64,000 nucleotides of DNA from an uncultured Candidatus Saccharibacteria bacterium. Its GTDB lineage: Bacteria > Patescibacteriota > Doudnabacteria > UBA920. The position numbers and the translations under genes are program-made. The stretch covers positions 67,133 through 131,132 of the forward strand of contig CAZKVS010000001.1 of the NCBI GenBank assembly GCA_964556325.1. The letters run 5' to 3'. The notes beneath the pieces were generated by a model. It was given only the letters and a program-made list of their open reading frames with translations, was not told the origin of the DNA and did not search any database. This document shows, piece by piece, positions 57,409 through 64,000 of this stretch; positions within the stretch are counted from its first letter, which is position 1, and each line of letters starts with the position of its first letter.

Positions 57409-58143
57409 TTAAGTTAGCTTGCTAAAAAGTAGTTTATATATCTGTCTTTGAAATTGCGCGAATTTAGGACTTTCAATTAAGCTTGCGGTTTCTGTGTCGT
57501 AGTCAATTATTGCCACGTAGTCTCCATAAATTATATTGGTAATATTGTATTCAAAGGAGTCATAACTTCGCGGGATGGCTTTGGAATAACGCTCAATCCT
57601 GTTTCTGCGCTTTTTTTGAGTTGCTTCATTGGTTATAACAAATTTTTGCATGTCCCAGTTCGGCCCGGCGGCCCGGCGCCAGTATGATTTAGAGTAGTAC
57701 TTTTTGTGTTTTGTGTAATCGGCTGATGATTCGTACCGATACAATGTCTCACCTTTTTTGGTGTGGCTGACTAAATAGTCAAACACATACGCAATACCAT
57801 CCCGACCCTGGAAGTAGCGAATGGCAGGCTTCTTGCTTGCATGTTCAAACTGGTGTTGAAGTACTGGCAGTCGTTCCTGAAATTCAGCTTGGAGCTCTTC
57901 AAGTACCGCCTGTAAATTGGATGGGTTTTCAGCTGTATAGATTGTGCGTTTGCCTAGTTTGCTTTCGGAAATTAAGTTTTTTTCCAAGAGCAGGGGAAGT
58001 TGGCGATAGAGTAGCGGGCGGTAGAGTCCGGTCGCTTTGGCTAAGCCTGCTAGGGTGGTGGGCCCGCCTTTGAGGAGTATCTGATATATAGTCTCCGCTT
58101 GTGCCGGAAGCCCGAGTTTGGCGAAGAGGGAAATCTTTTTCAT
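57409..58143 (-). CDS. TrmB-like HTH transcriptional regulator
   Basis: N-terminal wHTH (IYQILLKGGPTTLAGLAKATGLYRPLLYRQL). C-terminal domain unknown. Confidence 0.45.
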   Translation of the reverse strand: MKKISLFAKLGLPAQAETIYQILLKGGPTTLAGLAKATGLYRPLLYRQLPLLLEKNLISESKLGKRTIYTAENPSNLQAVLEELQAEFQERLPVLQHQFEHASKKPAIRYFQGRDGIAYVFDYLVSHTKKGETLYRYESSADYTKHKKYYSKSYWRRAAGPNWDMQKFVITNEATQKKRRNRIERYSKAIPRSYDSFEYNITNIIYGDYVAIIDYDTETASLIESPKFAQFQRQIYKLLFSKLT

Positions 58144-58331
58144 AGTTTTAAGTGTATTACAAGTAGTACACTTTTTATCTTACCTAGAAGCCCTAAAACA
58201 AACAAGTGTTAGGAAATTATAGTCTATATGTTACAAACCTTACCATTTGGAAAGCACTTTTTGCATTGTCTATAGTACGGTATAAGTAGCACAAGATAAG
58301 CAGAACATTCACAATTTTTTAGGGGGTTACC

Positions 58332-58610
58332 ATGACGGGAGTAAAGATTCTTGAAGCGGTTGAGACTTATGAGCAGTTATTTGCGGAACGGGGTATGCAG
58401 CGCGTTAAAGTGTCACATGATATGGTGCCGCAAAATGCCGGCGAGCAATTGGGACATGCATATGCCATGCTGCCGCAATTACGAGAATTTGTAGCTGAAG
58501 GTAGACTGGAAAAAGCTTTTAGGTGGCTTGGGTTTATCCAAGGTGTACTCTGGGCGAACGGTGTGTTCGTCTTGGAAGACCTCAAGAACCATAATCGGCC
58601 GGTTTCTTAA
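58332..58610 (+). CDS. Hypothetical small protein
   Basis: 92 aa. Hairpin terminator at 58620..58660. Confidence 0.35.
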   Translation: MTGVKILEAVETYEQLFAERGMQRVKVSHDMVPQNAGEQLGHAYAMLPQLREFVAEGRLEKAFRWLGFIQGVLWANGVFVLEDLKNHNRPVS

Positions 58611-58748
58611 TCCCAGATCAAAGAATGTCTAGTTACACATACTCGACATTCTTTTGGGCGACCACTTTTTTTATATGTGATGGTGTATTGATTTATTCGT
58701 GTTTTCCTAGTATCCTTATGCGGCTTTACATCACTTTTCAAGGAGGCT

Positions 58749-59507
58749 TTGAAAGACATGGGACTGGTAGCATCTGTCCGTCCTAAAGCGAGTGTCACTA
58801 TGGCAGTGTTTGTACTGGCCGGCATGCACTTTTCCCGTCAACCTATTTCTTGGTTTGTGGTTTGCATGGTGTTGTTCATCGCTATGTTTGCGATGAGCTG
58901 GAATGACCTTTATGATCGGGCGGCAGACCGGCAAAAAGGAAAAATGTATGCATGGGAACATCCCAAACGACTGACCGCATTGGTTTCAGTTCTAGCCGTC
59001 ATTTCGTTCTCAATGACACTATTTGCGTTTACTCTCAGGACAGGGTTCGGATGTCTTGGCGTGGCTATATGGTTTAGCTCGGCCATATATCCATTTTTGC
59101 AAACCCGACCATGCATAAAGAATGTGACTGTTGCGCTTACCGTTGGGGCAACTGTCCTTTTCCCACTGTGTGTACAATTTTCTGCTGCTCAGTGGTTACT
59201 GTTTTGTTCCTTATGTTTATTGACGTCTGCTCGAGAGTTTTTGGGAGATGTTGATGGCGTGCGTGTTGAACAGTTCTACAAACGAACTGCCGCGATGGTA
59301 TGGGGTGTTCCTCGCTCCAAGAACGTTGCAGCAACGTTACTCATTGCATCATCGTTGGTGGCCTTTTTGTGGCCAGCCTTTTTGCTCGCCGCTATTCCGA
59401 CTCTTGTAGGAGCAGTTCTGCTCCTTGTTAACAAGAACTATGCTGTGGCTCGGTTGTTGTTAGAGCTTTCCCTGGTAGGTTGGGGAGTGGCGGCCTATAT
59501 GTCTTAA
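58749..59507 (+). CDS. UbiA-family prenyltransferase-like membrane protein
   Basis: NDLYDRAADRQKGK (NDxxDxxxD). Seven to eight TM helices. Confidence 0.55.
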   Translation: MKDMGLVASVRPKASVTMAVFVLAGMHFSRQPISWFVVCMVLFIAMFAMSWNDLYDRAADRQKGKMYAWEHPKRLTALVSVLAVISFSMTLFAFTLRTGFGCLGVAIWFSSAIYPFLQTRPCIKNVTVALTVGATVLFPLCVQFSAAQWLLFCSLCLLTSAREFLGDVDGVRVEQFYKRTAAMVWGVPRSKNVAATLLIASSLVAFLWPAFLLAAIPTLVGAVLLLVNKNYAVARLLLELSLVGWGVAAYMS

Positions 59508-59553
59508 ACAAAAAGCGCCAGGTTTCTGAATAGAAACCTGGCGCTTTGACGAT

Positions 59554-59928
59554 TTACACACTTAGTAGCTTTATTAAGTTGGCGTGCAGAGCAGCTACGG
59601 CTTCGTCTTTTTTGAGTGCTTCGGTGTAGTTAGTGCCAAAGGCGCCGTTGCCGCCGCCGGTGGTAGTGAGGGTGGTTTTGGTGTATTTGGCTATTTGGTT
59701 TATCTCGGCTTCGGTTTTGGCTTCCTTACTCTCTAAGAGTTCGTCCATGCTTATAACTAGAGCACTTAGGGTTTTGAGCCAGGCAAAAGACTCATCGTTC
59801 ACCACTAGCTGGTAGTAGTGGTTGGGGTTTTGAATGGGGCCAACGGTGGACTCATATGTGCGTTTTTGGTACTCCATCAGTGCCTTATGAAGCAGTAGAA
59901 GCTGCTCTCGAATTTCGCTTAAGTTCAT
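59554..59928 (-). CDS. Hypothetical protein
   Basis: Start moved to the internal Met (MNLSEIREQ). Confidence 0.35.
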   Translation of the reverse strand: MNLSEIREQLLLLHKALMEYQKRTYESTVGPIQNPNHYYQLVVNDESFAWLKTLSALVISMDELLESKEAKTEAEINQIAKYTKTTLTTTGGGNGAFGTNYTEALKKDEAVAALHANLIKLLSV

Positions 59929-60050
59929 AAATTTTACAACAATTGAACAATGTAACAATGAAACAATAGAACATTAGTATACCAAAATTAAGAAAAGAAC
60001 GTGATATAATACCCGTGCTTTGTTAAGTAGGCTCTAATTTCTTTTTCCGT

Positions 60051-60887
60051 ATGGCTGAATATTATAAAAGTTATAAACCCCGGACTTTTGACCCGGCGAG
60101 CAAAGAAGCCTTTAAAGTCTCCAGGAGTAAGATTGATTTTTTTGTAGATTGTCCGCGCTGTTTTTACATGGAAGCCCGACACGGGGTCAAACGGCCTAGC
60201 ATGCCTTCGTTTACACTCAATCTTGCCGTGGATGCTTTGCTTAAAAAAGAGTTTGATGTACATCGAACAAAAGGCAGTGCTCATCCTCTCATGGAAAAGT
60301 ATGGGTTGGACCTTGTGCCATTTAAGCATGTGCAAATGGACGAGTGGCGAGAGAACTTTGTGGGCGTGCGGACTTTACACCAGCCTACCAATTTGCTGGT
60401 GTTTGGAGCGGTAGATGACATTTGGGTGAGTAAAATGGGGGAGCTATTTGTGGTGGACTATAAAGCTACTAGCAAAGACACTGCCGTAACTGAGTTGGAG
60501 AACACAAAATGGCACGACCAGTATCGTCGGCAAATGGAGGTCTACCAGTGGTTGCTCCGTCAAAATGGTTTTACTGTTTCCAACACTGGTTATTTTGTAT
60601 ACGTAAACGGCAGGAAGGACTTAGCTGCCTTTGATGGCAAGCTTGAGTTTGAAGTTAATCTTATTTCGTACACGGGTAGTGACGCGTGGGTAGAGCAAAC
60701 ACTTTCGCGCATGAAAACGTGTTTATTGGGCGAGTTGCCGAGTATAAGCGACACCTGCGAATTTTGTGTGTATCGTAAATCTGCTCAGGGTTTTGAGGTT
60801 ACGGAGCAAAAGGCTAAAGTACCGGTGCAAGTGGCTAAAGCTGCTAAGAAAGTCCGTGCCACACCCATTGGCGAGCCGTTGTTTTAA
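60051..60887 (+). CDS. PD-(D/E)XK nuclease with Cas4-like cysteine pattern
   Basis: DDIWVS...VVDYKAT (D...D/ExK) and QxxxY. One N-terminal Cys (CPRC) and three C-terminal Cys (C-x11-C-x2-C), as in RecB-family Fe-S nucleases. Confidence 0.5.
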   Translation: MAEYYKSYKPRTFDPASKEAFKVSRSKIDFFVDCPRCFYMEARHGVKRPSMPSFTLNLAVDALLKKEFDVHRTKGSAHPLMEKYGLDLVPFKHVQMDEWRENFVGVRTLHQPTNLLVFGAVDDIWVSKMGELFVVDYKATSKDTAVTELENTKWHDQYRRQMEVYQWLLRQNGFTVSNTGYFVYVNGRKDLAAFDGKLEFEVNLISYTGSDAWVEQTLSRMKTCLLGELPSISDTCEFCVYRKSAQGFEVTEQKAKVPVQVAKAAKKVRATPIGEPLF

Positions 60888-60974
60888 TGTATAAGCCCGC
60901 ACATCGCACGCGTTGCCTTTTAAGCCGAAAAAACCTATACTAAAGTATAGGTTTTGTCTTTAAAATAGATACAT

Positions 60975-62135
60975 ATGCGGAGAATTATAGTTAGTATGTT
61001 AGGGCTTATGGGGGTGGGTCTTATGTTGTTGCCTTCAGTGAGTTTGGCAGCGGAGTTTGTAAAACCCTCAGACGATTCGGGCAACTTGGTTTTAAGTACC
61101 ACGGAAACACATAAGAACTTGTACACTGCGGGTGGAAATGTAACCGTGAATAGCGAAACAAAAGGCGATTTGTACGTAGCTGGCGGAGTTATTACCATAG
61201 ACGGTGCAGTGGAACAAGATGCTGTAATTGCCGGTGGTACGGTATTTGTAAACAGCAAAGTAGGTGGCGATGTTCGCGTGGCCGGTGGTACGGTTACTGT
61301 AAACGCAGATATTGCCGGTGATGTAGTGGCAGCCGGTGGCACACTCGTTATAAGCGAACGAGCTAAAATTGGTGGAGACTTAATCATGGCCGGTGGTACG
61401 GTAACACTCAGTGCGCCGGTAGCCGGTAAAGTGTGGGCAACAGGTGGCCAAGTGACAGTAGATAGCACAGTCGCTGGTGCAGTCACTATTAAGTCCGCTC
61501 GCATGGTGACTTTTGGCTCCCGTGCAAATGTGGCTGGTTCAGTTACCGTGACTGGCGAGCAAGAACCTGTGGTTCGTGACGGTGCCAAAGTGGGTACCAT
61601 TAACTACACCAAGTCCATGGAAAGTGCCACGGCTGGACAAGTTGCTCGCGTGTTGGTGCTTGGTAGCTTGGTCTGGGTGTTGGCCTCTATAGTTACTGCT
61701 TTGGTGTTTGCATGGTTGGCTCCTCGCCGAGTAGAAAACTTTGTGGCTGCTGTACAACGGAAGTTTTGGGTTAACGCTGCTATTGGGTTAGCTGCTTTAG
61801 TGGTTACGCCTGTCGTAATAATTGCTTTACTCTTCTTACTTGTGGGTTACCAGCTCGCTCTGCTGTTGCTAGTGGGGTATATATTTGCCTTAAGCATAGC
61901 CTGGGTTCTCGCTGTATTATGGACCGGTGTGCAAACCTATCATCTCATACAAAGGAAGGCCGCGGTGCCTATGGGCTGGCAAGTAGCGGTGCTAGGTGGT
62001 GTCATTTTCACCCTTGTTCGCTTTATTCCAGTAGTCGGCATGCTATTCTGTTTTGTAGTACTTATGGCTAGCTTTGGCGGGTTATTGGTCCAGGCAAAAC
62101 AGAGCTTAATTGAGCGACACAGCGAAGAAAAATAA
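60975..62135 (+). CDS. Bactofilin-like protein (polymer-forming beta-helix repeats) with C-terminal multi-TM domain
   Basis: Signal peptide. Repeated GGxVxVxxxVxGDV units. Four TM helices at the C-terminus. Confidence 0.55.
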   Translation: MRRIIVSMLGLMGVGLMLLPSVSLAAEFVKPSDDSGNLVLSTTETHKNLYTAGGNVTVNSETKGDLYVAGGVITIDGAVEQDAVIAGGTVFVNSKVGGDVRVAGGTVTVNADIAGDVVAAGGTLVISERAKIGGDLIMAGGTVTLSAPVAGKVWATGGQVTVDSTVAGAVTIKSARMVTFGSRANVAGSVTVTGEQEPVVRDGAKVGTINYTKSMESATAGQVARVLVLGSLVWVLASIVTALVFAWLAPRRVENFVAAVQRKFWVNAAIGLAALVVTPVVIIALLFLLVGYQLALLLLVGYIFALSIAWVLAVLWTGVQTYHLIQRKAAVPMGWQVAVLGGVIFTLVRFIPVVGMLFCFVVLMASFGGLLVQAKQSLIERHSEEK

Positions 62136-62246
62136 TTAATTTCCTCGGATGCACGGATAACACGGATTGCGCAGATTATGGAGCAGTGCCTTTCGTATTC
62201 TGTATTGCAATCTGTGATATCCGTGTAATCCGTAATCTGTGAACAT
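62136..62246. repeat. Word-built intergenic palindrome (CGGAT words)
   Basis: gatgcacggataacacggattgcgcagattatg ... caatctgtgatatccgtgtaatccgtaatctgtg. Confidence 0.65.
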
Positions 62247-62525
62247 ATGGGTATTTTAGACAAACTAAAAGACGTAAATGAAATGCGCAAGCAAGCCAAG
62301 CAAATAGAGCTGCTTCTTGGGCAGGTAGATGTAACTGGTAAGTCCTCCGGTGGTAAAATAATCATTACCATGGACGGAAACCAGGTCGTAAAAAGTGTAC
62401 AAGTGGACGACTCTATAGTAGGAGACAGGGGAGAAATAGCGCGTAACATTCGGGCCGCTTTAGACGATTTATTTAAAGAGCACAAGAAAGTGTTGCAGTC
62501 CAAGTTTGGTAGTATGATGCAATAG
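62247..62525 (+). CDS. ybaB: Nucleoid-associated protein YbaB/EbfC
   Basis: Length and pattern MGILDKLKDVNEMRKQAKQIE... Confidence 0.7.
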   Translation: MGILDKLKDVNEMRKQAKQIELLLGQVDVTGKSSGGKIIITMDGNQVVKSVQVDDSIVGDRGEIARNIRAALDDLFKEHKKVLQSKFGSMMQ

Positions 62526-62640
62526 TCGCAAAGAAATTTCCAATTTCTAATTACTAATTTCTAATGTGAAGTACAAAAACCTTATTGTATTCATAATTAG
62601 AAATTAGATATTAGGCATTAGATATTTGAGTCAAAACTAA
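62526..62640. repeat. Word-built intergenic palindrome (CTAAT words)
   Basis: ccaatttctaattactaatttctaatgtg ... cataattagaaattagatattaggcattagatattt. Confidence 0.65.
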
Positions 62641-62641
62641 A

Positions 62642-63508
62642 ATGAGAACATATCTAAAAATACTTTTTGCTGGTATTACCACACTGCTGTTACCGTCGCA
62701 GGTTTTTGCCTTAACTATTTACGACTTGCAACCTCGGGTGGAAGCGGCTTCGGTTACAGCCAAGTCTGTTGTGGTACTTAATCAAACTAACGGAGAAGTA
62801 TTATATGAGCTGGGTGGGGGAGATGTTCGCACGCCGGCTAGCTTGGTAAAACTTACTACTGTATTGGTCGCACTTGATGTAATTCCAGATTGGAACGCAA
62901 CCTGTACCGTTGGCATTGCCGACCGTGTGGGTGGAGTTCAAATAACTAAGGCAGACCAGGCTATAACATATACTCTGAACAGCATGCTCCGTGCAGTGCT
63001 TATTCCTTCGGCAAACGACGCTGCAACTGCGCTTGCTCGGTGTACGGGACTTTCGCATGCAGGCTTTTTAGCGCGCATGCAAAGTAAGGCCATGCAGCTT
63101 GGCGCAACACAAACTGCGTTTGCAGACACCTCCGGCATATCAGGTGCAAATAAAACCACGGCGCTGGACATGGCCCATATAGCCAACGCAGCATTTAGCA
63201 CGGAGATTGTCCGAAGTATAACTCGACTCTCCAGCTACCGTCTATGCAGTGTGCAAAAGCAGTGCCAAACGCTGGCCAATACTAACCAGTTGTTGAAAGA
63301 TAAAGATTTAACCACAATAGCAGGTAAAACAGGGACACTCGATGGCGCATATAACTTTGCGGGTAGCTTTCGCGATGTCCACGGCCATTATTTTGTAGTA
63401 GTAGTACTTGGTGGTACGACTAAGGATGCCCGTTTTGCTGAAGCTAAAAAGCTAGTCAGTTTTGCCTCCGTTCGTGCTGACTGGTCTGACCAGTTTGTTG
63501 TAAGATAG
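62642..63508 (+). CDS. D-alanyl-D-alanine carboxypeptidase (PBP5/DacA family)
   Basis: Signal peptide. Motifs SLVK (SxxK), SAND (SxN) and KTGT. Confidence 0.75.
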   Translation: MRTYLKILFAGITTLLLPSQVFALTIYDLQPRVEAASVTAKSVVVLNQTNGEVLYELGGGDVRTPASLVKLTTVLVALDVIPDWNATCTVGIADRVGGVQITKADQAITYTLNSMLRAVLIPSANDAATALARCTGLSHAGFLARMQSKAMQLGATQTAFADTSGISGANKTTALDMAHIANAAFSTEIVRSITRLSSYRLCSVQKQCQTLANTNQLLKDKDLTTIAGKTGTLDGAYNFAGSFRDVHGHYFVVVVLGGTTKDARFAEAKKLVSFASVRADWSDQFVVR

Positions 63509-63577
63509 ATGCTGATATACGCAGATTGCGACGCGGATAAACGCGGAGTGTTTCGGTTGCTCTTCAGTAACCTCCTT

Positions 63578-63637
63578 TGTCATTCCGGACGCTACAAGTC
63601 CCGATGCCGCATCGGGATGCGGGCGATCCGGAATCCA
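63578..63637. repeat. MITE-like element, short copy C, containing the TCCCGATGCCGCATCGGGA core
   Basis: tgtcattccggacgctacaagtcccgatgccgcatcgggatgcgggcgatccggaatcc. Confidence 0.55.
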
Positions 63638-63648
63638 TCTTTATTTAT

Positions 63649-64000
63649 ATGCGAAAGAATATTTTACAGGTCGAAATAAATATACCTGCAGGAAAAGTGT
63701 TTGATTTTACTTTAAACCCAGAGAATACTCCACTTTGGGTTGATAGTATTTTGCACGAAGAAATTGACACGTCCATCCCTCAACTGGGTACGCATTATAG
63801 AAATAAGTCTAGGAGCGGGGTGTGGAATGAGTACGAAGTTACGGAATTTGTGTCCCAAAAAACTTTTACATTTAAGCAGCTAGGTAGCTCTTATGCGGTT
63901 CGATATGATTTTGAGATTGTATCTGATAGTGTGACTAAGCTTACGTACACTGAATGGATGGAGGCGGGGGACCTGGAATCTCCTTTTGATACCCTTCCCC
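63649..64000 (+). CDS. SRPBCC/polyketide-cyclase-like protein, 3' partial
   Basis: MRKNILQVEINIPAGKVFDFTLNPENTPLWV... Runs off the window end. Confidence 0.45.
   Translation, partial: MRKNILQVEINIPAGKVFDFTLNPENTPLWVDSILHEEIDTSIPQLGTHYRNKSRSGVWNEYEVTEFVSQKTFTFKQLGSSYAVRYDFEIVSDSVTKLTYTEWMEAGDLESPFDTLP

Noticed and set aside
1-64000. Alternative genetic code (UGA=Gly code 25, or amber reassignment), as found in some CPR lineages
   Set aside because: Conserved proteins (MreB, PilB, RsmH, FtsI, DinB, HKs) read through as long uninterrupted ORFs under the standard code. Conserved domains elsewhere show no in-frame TGA or TAG, and every gene stops at a sensible point. The single in-frame TAG in the CYTH gene is treated as a local event.
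1-64000. CRISPR array or rRNA genes
   Set aside because: No regularly spaced identical direct repeats with unique spacers were found. The word-repeats are degenerate and palindromic and do not fit the repeat-spacer pattern. No 16S/23S/5S-like conserved stretches were seen.

Overview
This 64 kb window has dense bacterial gene content on both strands in the standard genetic code: ORFs are long and TGA/TAA/TAG all terminate. Gene content suggests a small-genome CPR/Patescibacteria-like organism, but this is inference. The marks are a type IV pilus cluster with a giant pilin-like protein, many stand-alone receiver domains, a four-helix-bundle 'rRNA IVS' protein, LOG paralogues, a partial division and cell-wall (dcw) cluster (mraZ-rsmH-ftsL-ftsI) and sparse biosynthesis.

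Recognisable genes:
- Core functions: RNase H (5' partial), MreB, DinB, adenylosuccinate-lyase-family lyase, SpoU methyltransferase, nicotinate phosphoribosyltransferase-like, Ddl, a PBP5-type DD-carboxypeptidase, YbaB and a bactofilin-like protein.
- Flavinylation: an ApbE flavin transferase sits next to an FMN-binding protein.
- Other enzymes: a SET-domain methyltransferase, two NUDIX hydrolases, an FAD oxidoreductase, a UbiA prenyltransferase, a Cas4-like nuclease and beta-lactamase-fold hydrolases.
- Signalling: two large histidine kinases, one fused to an FNR-like flavoreductase domain, and five CheY-like receivers.
- Pilus: PilB, PilC and four prepilin-type proteins.
- RNA: one tRNA-Gln(CUG). 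No rRNA or CRISPR array was seen.

The most unusual signal is in the non-coding DNA:
- Nearly every intergenic gap holds a long imperfect palindrome built from short repeated words (CTAAT, CGAAT, TGAAT, CGGAT or CCTTAAT type), a different word in each gap.
- A TGTCATTCCGG...CCGGGATGACA miniature-transposon-like (MITE-like) family has at least four copies.
- A GC-rich palindromic element is inserted in frame inside dinB.
- The tRNA-Gln locus is bracketed by duplicated fragments of its own 5' and 3' ends, which flank short inserts; one insert encodes a GIY-YIG nuclease.
- Also notable: a CYTH gene interrupted by an in-frame TAG, MraZ-box-like AAAGTGG repeats upstream of mraZ, and a high-GC two-gene island.
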